DNA of 64,000 bases from Patellaria atrata CBS 101060 (taxonomy: Eukaryota), in contig MU006097.1 in the NCBI GenBank assembly GCA_010093705.1, positions 968,715-1,032,714 on the forward strand, given 5' to 3'. Position numbers and translations under genes: made by a program. The first letter of the stretch is position 1. Every line of letters starts with the position of its first letter. Below are positions 1 to 12,443 of the stretch, piece by piece. The notes under the pieces were generated by a model, which was not told where the DNA came from, did not search any database, and saw only the letters and a list, made by a program, of their open reading frames with translations.

Positions 1-65
1 AACGGCCCAAGGTCTCCCCGGGCGATCTTCCATAAAGATCTCCTGTGTAACCGTTCTTATCAGTA

Positions 66-1503
66 ATGGCAGCTGACCTCTTTCCGCAAAGCTTCGTTTT
101 TGAAATGTCAGAACCAATGTTAGACGACGAGGAGCTCGAACGCATCTTGACCCAACATCTACACGAAAAAACATCCTTCAATGAAACAGACAAGGCGCTG
201 GAAGAGGACAGTCACGTTCCCTCTACAACAGAGTCGTCGGCTCTGATTCCATATGACGGCATATCGACCGATCCAAGCTGCTGTCCTGTCACGAGAACAG
301 AGTCCCTCCCCGATGAAGTCCCAGCGTTTAATCCATCCCAGGGTTTCGAAAACCTAGTCCGCCGACCATCAACGGCGGTTCCAGTCATGAGTACCGAACC
401 CCTATTCACCGAGCTAACTCTTGCCGGCTCAACAGACGACATACTCCTCCCGATTACACCAACCCTCTTTTCATATGAGTACAATCCAGGGAGTCCCTTA
501 CTAGGAAATATTGACCGGAACCTGTACTCTCCACCACCACCACCACCACCACCACCCTTTCACGACCAGTTCTCCCGTCGACGATCCCGAAGTGAGCCAC
601 CGGGAGAAATCACCTTCCACCGCAATGGCTCATATATTGGGCAAAAGGCGGCCTCAAGACAAGCATTTCCTTTGCCGGCGAGGGAACCTAGGGGTTACAG
701 ACGACAACCGTATACGGCCTCTCCGAGAACGCCTATAAGTAAGAGGCCGACGAAGTGGAATAGGAAGGTGGAGACATGGATGGGCCCGACCAGCCGGCCC
801 AGGTCGGCCGCACCTTCACCGTGCACGGTTTTAGGGGAATTGGCGTCACCGTTTAGTACGCCTTTGATGAGTCATCGGGAAGTGAATGAGGTTACACCGA
901 TGGAGAATGTCATGGAAGCTCCTCCGCAACAACTTATGCAAGAACGACTGGCTAGTCACAAGGAAGCAAGCGCTGTGTTAGGCATGTATCTGGAGAGGGT
1001 GACGAGGGATCTCGACGCCGTGAAGCATTACCTTAATAAGGGATTTGGCTTCACCGAAGGACCTATGGGAGAGGTTGAGAGGTACGTAACTTCATCCATC
1101 ATACCACAGCGGTATCGATGTGGTTGTAATTATCCCTATCGATCGCTATGACTAAAATACCGTCACAGACTCCGCTCAGAAGCTCGGGCAGCGAACGGCA
1201 CCATCACCCACATTCAAGAGACCCTCCAGATCCTCCCCCGCGCCCCTGAAAATGTAGTCAGCGATGATAACCTTCGGTTCGGGCTCCCGAAGAACGGAGC
1301 CGAGATCAGGACTTTGGATCGTATGTTTACCTTCATATGATAGTGTGCGGTGGGTGCTAATTGGGCTAGATCATGTCATCAATAGCTTGTTGCAGCTGTA
1401 CGATATTCCATTTTCCTATGATATGTTGTTGCCGACGAAGAAGGAGCTGTATTTACGGTTTATTGGGGCCAACGATGCGCTGGTACATAGCATCTTGGAT
1501 TGA
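66..1503 (+). CDS. Hypothetical Pro/Ser-rich protein, 3 exons
   Basis: ORF from ATG 66. Introns 1082-1168 (GTACGT..CAG) and 1321-1369 (GTATGT..GCTAA..TAG) splice in frame to ...LLQLYDIPFSYDMLLPTKKELYLRFIGA...LD* (TGA 1501-1503). A (CCA)n run encodes poly-Pro near 532-555. Confidence 0.7.
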
Positions 1504-2658
1504 GGGGGCGGGAGAATAAGATGGCTTCAGGAAGATATATGTTTGAATGATACAAGCAGTTTAGGAGATAAAGATGATGGCAGTTTTCGACAGTGGGCAA
1601 CCGGGGAACAGACACGGAAGTCTGAGCTTGTCCTTCCGCATAGGCGCAGCTCTCTTGTAGGGGATCAGGAAAATAATGATCATTATGTCCTTATTGCCGT
1701 TAAGTTTTACTTCATCCCACCATTCCGCTCATCGTGCTAGCGTCTCTTCCTTTGTCCTAGTGCTCCTGACTCATTGTACTCTGACTTCACTACCGTTTCC
1801 CCCGATCTGTAACCAAACAGGAATCTCCTACGGTGCGAACATTTACTATACCCGCATATAAGGCGCAGTACAGGTGGTATAGCACCGTAGACCCTTCATG
1901 AACTTCAAATTGAGACAGACATAGAAGCTAACTCAGCCCGAACACAACACGAGAATCTCCCCTCACGATTCTCGGGGTGGAAAATCTATACGGAGAGGCG
2001 GCGAAAGGACACCGTACCGTATTACCCGGGCACCATTTTGCAAATATGCGGAGGCGTACTGCTACGGACTGTACAACTGACGTCCGGGACTGGTACGTGA
2101 ACGCAAACAGAGATTTTGCCCGCACTCGGGTTCGCACGCGTACTTCCTCTCGGGTGGCTGTACGCATGTGCATACTGAAAGAACGTGAAAGAGTAGACGC
2201 GTAATCATCCAGCGCGAGCGAGGAGACATCGTGAACGTTCTGGGGCCGAATATACTGGATATCGCGCTTGAATCGTTTGGGCAGAGCAATTCTTGGATAG
2301 ATCTGGCTATATGGACTAATTGGTGACACGCTATTGGTGCGGTTAAGAAATACCCGTTCGTCTTTGACGTTCGAATGTTGAGTAGATCTGCAGAGTATCA
2401 TTAAAGCAACTTAGAAGCTCGAAAAAGTTGTAGAAAGAGTCTGGTCTGAGATTTTTGAATCATTTTATAGATGAAACTTCTTTACATATAGTGTTGAGTA
2501 TTGAGACGGAGCGGGAGGTTTTGGTGGTCTACAGCTGCGTTACGTTTGTGAACGGCATCAAGCCGTGTCTCAAGCGGATCAGTAAACAGTTCACCGCTCT
2601 CGACAGGTTTAAAAAGTTCAGCAAGGTAAAAATCCAGCAAGGAGTACAGTCACCTCCT

Positions 2659-3621
2659 TCAAATAAAGAACTTCTGTATCTCCACCAAGAGCTCACCATC
2701 AGCCTCCTCAGGGATATAATGTCCACCCGGGAAACTTCCTCCGCCCACATCTGTATTGCAACACACCTTCCTCCACTCAGTCACCGCATCATATTTCATC
2801 TCAATCAACCCTTTTGCACCCCAAAACACACGAATCGGACATATGATCTTCCTCTTTTTCTCTATGTCCTCTCTTTGCTCTTCTAAATCAATGGTAGCAG
2901 CAGCTCTGTAGTCTTCGCACATGGCATGGACACCTGCTGGATCGGTGAACAGACTGCGGTATTCAGACGCGGCTTCTGAATGGAAAACAGTGACATCGTC
3001 TAGCATGTTTCTGAAGAATTTTTGAGCCGATACTTCAGGCGCGCCTAGGATAAGGTTTTCGGGGAAAGGTGCATCCTGGATCAAGAAAAACCAATGCCAA
3101 TAAGTGGTCGCGAAAAATTGGTCTGTGGTTTCGTAATGGGCGAGCGTGGGTATAATATCTAAGAACATTACTGATGGTCTCTTAGTAACAGCTGCAACAT
3201 AGACTTATCAACTAGCAGTTTGACTTCTTAAATACTGACCTTTCAAGACTCGTTCAGGATACTCAACGCAAAGCTTATGTGCGACCCTTCCTCCTCGATC
3301 ATGACCACAGACGAAGTACTTTTCATGGCCCAGTCTTTTCATCACGGCAGCACAGTCTCCAGCCATGGTACTCTTACTGTATTGCACATGCTTTGGGTCC
3401 TCGCCCCCTGGTTTCGAGGAAGTACCGAATCCGCGTAAGTCAAGTGCAACGACGGTATACGATTGTGATAGTTGAGGGGCTACCTTGTGCCATATGAGAT
3501 GATTCTGCGGGAAGCCATGGAGCAACAAGAGAGCAGGTCCATGACCTCCTTGTGTACCGTGAATGGTAATACCATAGCTTACATCGATATCGAAATCTGT
3601 AAACGTCTCGCCTAATCTCAT
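2659..3621 (-). CDS. Alpha/beta-hydrolase, haloacetate/fluoroacetate dehalogenase-like, 2 exons
   Basis: Motifs LLLHGFPQ, DLRGFG, GHDRGGRV, FLDIIPT, YWHWFF, CEDYRA, GGHYIPEE. Intron 3239-3171 (GTCAGT..ACTAA..CAG) joins ERVLK-V-MFLD in frame. Confidence 0.88.
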
Positions 3622-3793
3622 TTTGTGGGATCTAGTCAGAACTATGGCAATCTTCCTACCGAATTTCTGTTATCTTGAGTGACCTCTGGTCCAACGATAT
3701 CCGAGAATACTGCTTAGTGTACAATCCTACGCTTCTAGTCTCTGCATTTGGGATTTACTACTGTACGTTGTTAGCAGAACCCCGCTCGTGATA

Positions 3794-3801
3794 TGACGTC
3801 A
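3794..3801. promoter_or_regulatory. Perfect CRE/ATF palindrome TGACGTCA ~170 bp upstream of the dehalogenase-like gene
   Basis: Sequence atatgacgtcatc at 3791-3803. Motif match only. Confidence 0.3.
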
Positions 3802-4542
3802 TCATCTGAGATGTCGTTTTGTTATCGATATAGAAACCTTCTCGACGACTATTACGGGATTATTCAACTTGCTGAAAACTTAAGAGGTGAGCTTGAGTTC
3901 AAAGTACACGATAATATCGTACGTTAATAGCGCAGATAGCAAGAATTACGAATCGGCGAGTTTACGTTGTGAAATTTCTTGACCTCATTTCAGACAAATG
4001 CGACGACCCGCAAACTTGAATTATCAAAGAGTCTGTATTGATATTGGTACTGTACGGAGTAAATGGAGTTGACCAATGCATCTCTGCTATACGCACCTTC
4101 TAACTTGTTGCCTTAGAGTTGCGGTACGGACTGGTGCAAGCGAGGAACTAATACTTAGTGGGCATTAGGTCTGACCCTTTCGCGACGTCCCCTTGGTCCC
4201 TTGGTCCGTACAAGTGAGAACTGGGATAAAGGAAGGTGAATGTGCTGTATGTTGCGGATGTAGAAATCACCATGCGAGCAACTAGGGGGTAGACCGATAG
4301 TGTTTCGAAATGTATAGTAAGTACCCTTTAATTTGTGTGGACTTCACGGATAAGTACGTATAGATAGAACCGGAGGTATACTATCTGGGGGGAGGGGTAT
4401 ATTGTACAACATGTGCGCAATACGTGTACAATACTATGAGACATGTAAGCGATCGTAAAATAGAAAGACCGGAAGCACACTGACCGTATAAGAGCTTAAA
4501 TATTTCGATGGTGACAGGACAAGTATATATAAAACCTACTTC

Positions 4543-7017
4543 TCACACCTTCTCCTCTAACTCCTGTAAACCTTCTAATATCTCTAGCTCGGTAACATCA
4601 TCCTCCGAACTCCTAACCCTCCTCTTTCCCACCTCTCCTCCATCGTCATTCATCTTCTCTTTTTGCTTCCAAGGCCACCATGAAGGTTCATACTCCGAAA
4701 GCCCTCTGTCTACTTTTTCCCACTGCTCCCAAATACTGCCCCTCCATTCGTCCTCGAAGCTTCGCATCCACGCTCTCCAGCCTAATGCCGTCCCTACTAA
4801 CATAAGTGATGTCACTGACAAGATCGCCACCAGGTATAGGGTTCCAAACGTGATGAGCAAACTGTTGGCCGTTGGCGTTATGCGACCATGTTCGCTGATG
4901 AGAGCGATAGAAACGAGGAGAGAGACGAAACCTGGGAGAAGAATAATAATACTGAACCATGAAATAATTCCGGCGTGATGTATGGGGGAGAGGGAGAGTG
5001 GCCTACGGGGATAGGGGAAGGGGGAGCTTGAAGGGTCCTTAGGATTGAGAACAGGGAGAGACGTCCCGACGAGGTATTTAAAGAGGTGATGTGGTAAGAT
5101 TGTCGGGGTATTAGTTGTGAACTGAGTAGAGAATGTCGGGTTGGACTGGGTTGGGAGTTGTTCTACTATGAGTGGGTAAAGATAGAGGAGGTTGAGGGTC
5201 GTAGGTTTGCGCTCGGCGGACGAAGGAGAGTTTGCGGGAGGAAATTTCGGCTTACTATAGCCCATGACTCTGAAGGAAACACCTCTCCGTTGTGTATTCT
5301 TACTATCTGGTGAGGAATGCGGCTCTATGAATATACAGAGAGGGTGGGAAAGTGTCTGTTTTGGAACGTCAATATGATCGACGGCCGTTATCTGATATCT
5401 CTCCCCTGATGATAATTGAACGACTTGTGAGTGTGGCCCAGAAGTAGCGGCAACATCCCGTACAATAATGACTTGAGGATAATTTTCATCATCTTCGTCA
5501 AACTGCACATGATATCCTTGTCTACAAGCTTTCATTATTGGTTTAGACGTTAGAGGAGATTTGCTAGGCTGCAGCGGTACCCATCTATTCTTTTTCTGCT
5601 CGCTTGAGAGTGCCCTAGCTCCCGTATTGTACAACAAGGAGAAGGGAAGCGCTTTAGAGCTAAATATGATAGCTTTCATTCTCTCTTCTTGGGTCCCCAA
5701 ACGCAGAATATGAGCGGCGTTGAAGTTTAGAAGATTGGCTATGATAATATGGATATCGTCGACCATTGTCGTAGATCTAACCGCCAGTTGGTTCCATGCT
5801 GCAACTAGTTGGTTCACCCTAGATTCGTCATCGGACATATGAGCAAAGTGGCGAGCATTCTGCGGTCGTGCCGCGGTGTGATGCATTGCGCAAATCTTTT
5901 CGATCTTCTCCCTTTTGAAGAAAGTATTCTTTCTGACGACCGAAGGAAGACCAATCCCAAATTCCGGACCACTTTTCTCCAGGCTGCTCTTCCACTCTTG
6001 GTGTAACTCATCCCAAAGAAAGTCATACAGTATAGCGTATATACGTTGCTGCTCGGCATCGTCTTGAGAAGGAAATTGAACCGCTGAGGATATCCCACTT
6101 CTTGGTCCCTTAACATCCCAGCAGTAGATTGGATTTACGGCGGCATCAGCAAACTGGAAAACGCATTCACGGCCTAGAACTCCTTCTTGAAGTGTCCAGC
6201 TGCGTGACTGCCAGGAACTACAGATGATTCTACCCAGTATCTCGGTAGCCGACGTTGATTGTGATCGACATCGCAGAAGTGAAGAGTCTAATACAAGGAC
6301 CTGAAATGCCCCAGCGTAGATAGACGCCATTCTATTGATGGCCTTCATCTTAACCTCTGTTACATCCGTCTTTTCGTCTCCAACTGGTATACAAAGGGTA
6401 TCCATCCAAAAAAGTGGGCAAGAATCTTCCCTTTGATAACTAGCACTCCAACGTTCCAGGTCGAAACATAACCCTCCTATTATCATAGCGGTGTCACTCC
6501 GTGCGACTGGAAGGTTCTGTAGATGTTTCTGAAGGAGCACAAGTTGACACTTGGGCAAGGAGTTCGCCTGAGGATTGCCTAGCCCATCGGCCCAGACATG
6601 CGAGATAGCAACATAGCGACTTCTTACCGTCTGCTTTTCAATGTGGCATTCTAGCTCACCTGAAGATGCAGAGCGTCTCAGGCTGACCAGGGGCGTCCCG
6701 CCACTCTGTATGATCCTTATTATTTCTTCTCGAGAGACTGAGATGTGCGAACATCTACATCCATCCGAGATGTGTCTTGTTTCGTAGTTGCAGAAATCGA
6801 CGTGGTTCGCCACGCATCGAGGATTGCTAGCACAAGCAGCATGGCTAACTCTGGGTTGGTCGAGATGGCAGAGATACTGGAAGGTTGGATCATCGTTAAC
6901 TCTTGACAGTCTTTGCAGTTGGTGGGGACATCGAATGGAATTAACAGATAGAGAGTTCTGCTTGCTTGTGAGACCTGCCGATGCTGGAGCAGTGCTGGAC
7001 ACACCGCTGGAGCCCAT
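4543..7017 (-). CDS. HET (heterokaryon incompatibility) domain protein with two predicted C-terminal transmembrane helices
   Basis: HET motifs YVAISHVWADGLGN, LFWMDTLCIP, RMASIYAGAFQVLVLD, WQSRSWTLQEG, preceded by a Cys/His-rich segment. Hydrophobic segments IISWFSIIILLPGFVSLLVSIALI and LLITFGTLYLVAILSVTSLMLVGTALG. First ATG at 7017, but the frame is open to 7161, so the start is uncertain. Confidence 0.85.
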   Translation of the reverse strand: MGSSGVSSTAPASAGLTSKQNSLSVNSIRCPHQLQRLSRVNDDPTFQYLCHLDQPRVSHAACASNPRCVANHVDFCNYETRHISDGCRCSHISVSREEIIRIIQSGGTPLVSLRRSASSGELECHIEKQTVRSRYVAISHVWADGLGNPQANSLPKCQLVLLQKHLQNLPVARSDTAMIIGGLCFDLERWSASYQREDSCPLFWMDTLCIPVGDEKTDVTEVKMKAINRMASIYAGAFQVLVLDSSLLRCRSQSTSATEILGRIICSSWQSRSWTLQEGVLGRECVFQFADAAVNPIYCWDVKGPRSGISSAVQFPSQDDAEQQRIYAILYDFLWDELHQEWKSSLEKSGPEFGIGLPSVVRKNTFFKREKIEKICAMHHTAARPQNARHFAHMSDDESRVNQLVAAWNQLAVRSTTMVDDIHIIIANLLNFNAAHILRLGTQEERMKAIIFSSKALPFSLLYNTGARALSSEQKKNRWVPLQPSKSPLTSKPIMKACRQGYHVQFDEDDENYPQVIIVRDVAATSGPHSQVVQLSSGERYQITAVDHIDVPKQTLSHPLCIFIEPHSSPDSKNTQRRGVSFRVMGYSKPKFPPANSPSSAERKPTTLNLLYLYPLIVEQLPTQSNPTFSTQFTTNTPTILPHHLFKYLVGTSLPVLNPKDPSSSPFPYPRRPLSLSPIHHAGIISWFSIIILLPGFVSLLVSIALISEHGRITPTANSLLITFGTLYLVAILSVTSLMLVGTALGWRAWMRSFEDEWRGSIWEQWEKVDRGLSEYEPSWWPWKQKEKMNDDGGEVGKRRVRSSEDDVTELEILEGLQELEEKV

Positions 7018-7602
7018 GGGGTATAGAGAGTATGCAATCCATTGACTTACAGCGGAAGATATGTTGGTGTATAAACTTACTAGTCCGGCGGTTATGAAAA
7101 GGAGTCGACACTTGATACACAGAAACAGCCATAATTCCCGACTCTCTGGGTCGAATACCACAAATGCGAGGCTTCTACAGTGCCCTCTTGGGGGCTGACA
7201 GCAGACTGTCCTGCTTCAGAGGTTCTAGTTCGGGGGGTGTCTAATGATAGGACATAATTTCTCCTTGAGTCTTGGAGCTCGAAGTTTCTCATTCGTCGTA
7301 TTGAGCAGTAGAGCAGTGCCGCAATATGCGCTTGCAGGACGGAAATATCAGTTGTAACTTTGTAGGGAACGGTAAGTTTGGCACAGACGCACAGGATCGA
7401 CGAACCAAACGCGTTCTGTGTCTGCATGGTAAGATTCCCATCACGGTGGCGTCCAATACAGCAAATTAAGCGACACTTTACAAACTGGGGAAGAGGAACA
7501 ACAGAAGCAAAGATCTCAGAAGCAAAATCAAGAATATACTAGGTGTGGTCAATTAGAATGGATGGCTCAGAAAGTCAAAATGTACTACAACAGAACAAAG
7601 CA

Positions 7603-9055
7603 TTAACATGCAAATGGAGAGCCCACCTGCCCATTGCGATAGGCATCAACGATACCTCTCACAGTTACGTATGTTCCAGCTATGCAGATAAACCCACCTG
7701 CGAGCACTGTCATAAATGCCAGCAATGCGTGGAACGGTTTCTTCCTCCAAGTACGAACCCCGTTACCATCATGGTAGCTATCGTGTAGCCAGAAAGCGCC
7801 AGCTATTCCATATGTATACCAACTTGCGAAGAGTGAGGCCGCAATCCCAACCAAGTAGTTGAATATCGGAATACCAACAGCTAATATGAAGGATAGTGCA
7901 TTCATCACAACAACGAGTAGAATCCAAACTCCCCATCCAATCTTTGAATGCGAGTGGAGATGCTTGCTTTTTCTGAAGATTCGGATGAAGAACAGCTTCG
8001 ATGCTGTATGCGCGTATAAGGAACCCGCAATTAGAAAGTTAGGGATAGCAATTCCCCACGCAGCTTTCATCCACTTGGACTCTAGGCTTATCAACGCTGG
8101 TGACGCCACATCGCTACCGATATAAACGTACATAACAATAGCGAAGATAACGTAGAATGTTGTTGCGAATCCTTGAAGGACGTAGGCCGATTTCATCGCA
8201 TCCTGCGGTCTCTTCATTTCCGAAACGAGGATAAAGAACATGAAATGACCTGCATAAGCGTACACAGGATTTGTGATGGATGTAAAAGCTGTATAGAAGT
8301 CCGACTTGACTGTTGCTTGGACAACCCTAGGTTCCACGGGATGACGGCTGGCACCTACCATGCCGACAATACCCGCAATTAGAATGGCGAGCACCGCTGG
8401 TATGCTAAGCCAAGATAACCGGTCAAAGGTCCTAGGAGAACTGCAGATAAGGGTAGGTATCGCAAATATACCAGTATAGAGCATAAGGCATAACCTGTTG
8501 TCACTCAAGGAAGCGAGAGCAATTTGTCCTGCTAACAGTTGACTTCCAGTCGCAAATACCGCGAAGCATACTGTTCCAAATGCCAGGACTTCTCGGCCGA
8601 TAGGTCCAAAGAGAATCATACCGGCGTCACCCATATTGTGCACTTCAGGGTGTCGTAGCTTGAATTGAACAAGGAGGTAGGAGGTATAAGTCGCAAATAT
8701 CCCAAGAAATATAATGAGGATTACACCGGGCACGATACCCACGACCGCAAGCGAAGACGGTAATGATAGCATGCCATTGCTGACAATTTCCGCAATCATG
8801 AGGACCGCAACAAGTTGCCATGAGAGGGTCTTATATTTGATCTATGAATGTAGCCATTAGTTAAATCAGGAGAAAAATTACCAAATCAGCGTATCCTCTA
8901 AAGAAATAGTAGGACGCTCCTAAATTCGGGATTTCGAGAATATTGGAGCATACCTGATGGCCTTCTTCGTGGCCAAATACATCAACATCGTGGTATCCAA
9001 CAAGATCATTGCCTACTAAATGTGCTGGTCCGACCGAAAAATAGGACTCCTTCAT
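7603..9055 (-). CDS. AAAP-family (Mtr-like) neutral amino acid permease, 2 exons
   Basis: MKESYF...DVFGHEEGHQ | intron 8953-8842 | IKYKTLSWQ...MIAEIVSNGMLSLP, followed by many hydrophobic helices, YAYAGH..FF..SEMKRP, and C-terminal GSPFAC*. Confidence 0.92.
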
Positions 9056-9629
9056 GATAAGCTTCGTAGAATTGACTTTCGCGAGTACGAGAGAGAAGTA
9101 GTAGAAGCGCCGGCTGCCATATTTATACAATGTCCCATGCAAACAGGAAAGTAATGTAAATACCAAAAAATAATTTGAGGTGCAGCATGTCATCAAAAGT
9201 AAGGTAGCGCATGTGCTACATTTCGGTGTGAGTATAGTAAACCACCCCACTATGCACCGTCATACCTGGGGTATTCGAACATCTGTTAAATGTTTAGGCT
9301 ATGAACGCCCTCGCCGAAACAGATCCAAGTTATTGGGCTGGAGTTGTTAGAAAGATAAAGGAATGAAAAGGTCGGTTAGATTACGCATAACATGACAGAT
9401 GCTTGTTCAGACCTCTCCATTCCTTATCCCAGCGTGGCACGCGTGGGTACAGTTTTGCCCTATTGAGGGTCCCGGCGTGCAGGGGTTAGATTAGTACTTG
9501 ATGCAGCGAAATACCTTTCATAATGGTATGTTTGTACGACGATTTACTGTACCACAACTGCATTGATGCGACTCCCTTTAAGTGTTAGCAATGATGGCAA
9601 ATTTCTGGGTATATGAGAACAGAAAGCTT

Positions 9630-12056
9630 CTACAGCAATCTGATCAGTTCAAGGTCTTTGGCGACTGCCGGGCTATATTTTGCGCAGTATTCCACATGTT
9701 CGAGCATTTCTTGCCACCAGTTTTGCCAATCAGCAGACAAAACCTGTCGTATTCGTAGATGTGGTGAATGAATAACTCCGTATATCAAAAGAAACTGGCC
9801 GAACATCTGTGAACTCCATCCGAATTTGATAGGTTGGCAACTTTTCATCCTTTTACAGATTCCGGTCACCATGATCCAGAACATACCGCTCTTCAGACCA
9901 GCGTGGCATGCTTCAAGCTCATCATCGGTAAGTAACTGTGGAGCATGAAAGGCTTTATAAAGGAATGGCCGGCCGATATGGAATTTAGCTACAAAGTAAC
10001 GACTCTTCAGCATTCCAATTGCCACTGCATGGGCTGGGCTAGGAGGCCGAACGATATCATCATCATCATCATCATCATCGAATTGCAAAGCGGCGGGCAA
10101 ATTAGCTCGCCATTGCTCAAGCTATTTAAAGGTCATATGGTATCAGCAAGTGTGTCACGGCCAACCTCGAGGGAAACACACCTGATGATGAAGCTCTGAA
10201 ACTAAGGCCGGTGTTGGGAAAATTCCCCTTTCAGCTTCATAAAATTAGCCTCTACGCTGGAAATGCGCCGGTCGCGAATATTTCTTACAGAAAAAATACA
10301 GACTCAAACGAATTCGGGTCAAGATAATCCTATGCGCAGCTTGTGCTAGGAAGTGAAGATTAAAGAAGGCGTCATCCTCGTTAAAATAGTCCTGATTTAC
10401 AGAAGAGCGTCCAGTCCTTGGACATGGCGTGAATTTCGGGATGGGAACATTTTCTTCAAAGCGTGAAAGGCCGCTTGGAGGAAGATTGAGCTCTTGAGTT
10501 AATATCGTTTCGTGCATAAGTGTATTCCAGAAAACTCGAGACTTCATATCTCCCTCCCATTGATCGCAGTCTATCTTATCGTCCCTGATTCAATCAGTTC
10601 TGTTAGAACCAATGTGAAATATGGGAACAAACCTCTGTAACATTGTCATGCAGCAGACTGCTGCCCTGTTCAGCATTGACCACGAATCTATGGGCCGTAG
10701 GATCTGCGCGTAGTAAAACCTTTATGTACGATTAGCTTTCTGTTTCAGAAATGAATTGGCGATTTTGACTGACGAAGATAGTAGATAGAACTGGCAACAT
10801 TGAAGATCATTCTCGCAGATCAAAAAACCAATGCGTCTACGAGCTTCATTAAAGAATCTAAGTCCGGGAGACTCTTCTTTTGTAACTTCGTACCAATCCG
10901 ATGGGTGGGAGTGTCCATAACTGGTAGGGGAGTTGAAGAAAGGGAACTCATAGCTCCCCTCCTCATATGCTTTCATAGCTAAGCATCCAAGAGCCATCAC
11001 ATTCAACAAGAGACAGGATTCGATATCATAACCAAAGTCTTTGTCTAGAGCAGTTCCCAAGGTGGATGAGACGAAATGATGTCTATCCATAATTGGAGCG
11101 AACCGATTGAATACCGCGAAATATGCATCACACAGACCTTTAATAAGGGAGAGAGGTAGATTTCTAAGCCAAGAGATACCCGCATCAGCTGGGAAATAAC
11201 ATATCGTTGGAGGAAGCGGTTCTCTCCCCGATTCAATATCTATCACGTAGTCCTTTCCCAGGGTCTGAGCAGCATTGACCAGCTTCTGAGGGAGAATAGC
11301 AGTCATTGCTGGCCATTGAAGGACATAGTGCTGTGAAAATGAAATAGGCCTCAAGTTGCTGACTGTGGGTTGATATGGTTGATCCGCTTGAAAACCTTCA
11401 TCCTGCCCTCTTGCTATAGCATCTTGGACCGCATCAAACCCCTTGTTGATCTCTCTGGATATAAAGGATTGAGATGTGAGATTTGCCACAGGTGAATGGG
11501 TAGTTATCGATGCCTGTGGGGACAATGGGTTGATAGCCGGTCGGTTGAGCAAGACTTGAGAATTGATGGAATTTGCCAAGAACTCAATCTTATCCTCTAG
11601 TCGTCTGATTGCATTGATTGCGATGGTAAGGGATTGGTCTTTTCTAATGTCACTTGAGCAAAAGGAATTCTAAATGCAAGATATAGACACACTTTGTCCT
11701 CCTCGCTTCAGGATAGTTGCAGTCAGCCCCTAAACTTTTGCAGAGTCCGCATTTTGGTCGATCTTCATCACAGCGAGTCTTTTTGAGTCTGCACCTTTCG
11801 CAAGCCTATTATGTGCGTCAACATTTCGGCCCAGTATCATCATGTTGCCCGCAAACCATACCATTACGGCTAAGAATTGGCGTGAACCCTTAAGGTCATT
11901 ACCGGATACAGGAGATTCATCAGCTCTTGATGATTGTAGGTTGGGCTGTCCACTGGCTATCGTCTCATTGTACGGGTACGCCTCTTCATTAGGAGAAGTA
12001 AGTGGGTTGACGTTGATGCCATCAGAGTGCGTCGATAGGAGACGTCGTTTGGACAT
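9630..12056 (-). CDS. Zn(II)2Cys6 transcription factor, multi-exon
   Basis: After intron 11861-11806 the frame reads ACERCRLKKTRCDEDRPKCGLCKSLGADCNY (six-Cys cluster, missed by the ORF track). Downstream exons include 10722-11579, 10245-10547 (SRVFWN..ETILTQEL) and 9630-10100 (RYFVAKFHIGRPFLYK). A (GAT)n repeat encodes poly-Asp. Internal boundaries are approximate. Confidence 0.88.
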
Positions 12057-12443
12057 TGCACCTCGTCATGATCACTCCCGTGAGGCGTATCAAAGCATAA
12101 GTCAAAAGTATAGCTAGAGCCGTGGTATTCGCCTAGAGTATTCCTTGAAACAATGTCGTGCTTCAGTTTTTGAAAGAAAACTGTGCTGGGAGGGAGATGA
12201 AGCCGATGTAGTTCATTGGAAGTCAATATTATATAATCGTTGGCAGGATTCCAATTCCGCTCAAATCCCCACTTTAGCCGCACCCAACGGCTAGGTCAGT
12301 GCACAAGGCATCACTCCCTAGGTAGGTAAATAGGCGTGATAGGTACTGCTCATCACCAAATATTTCGCGCTCAGATTTTGAGGGAAATACGGGCAATTTA
12401 TGGTAACTGGCCATAGATTGAGAATTACGAAAATACCAGGGCG

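Noticed and set aside
1928..2401. 157-aa minus-strand ORF and overlapping small ORFs
   Set aside because: No recognisable motifs or splice support; probably spurious or a relic.
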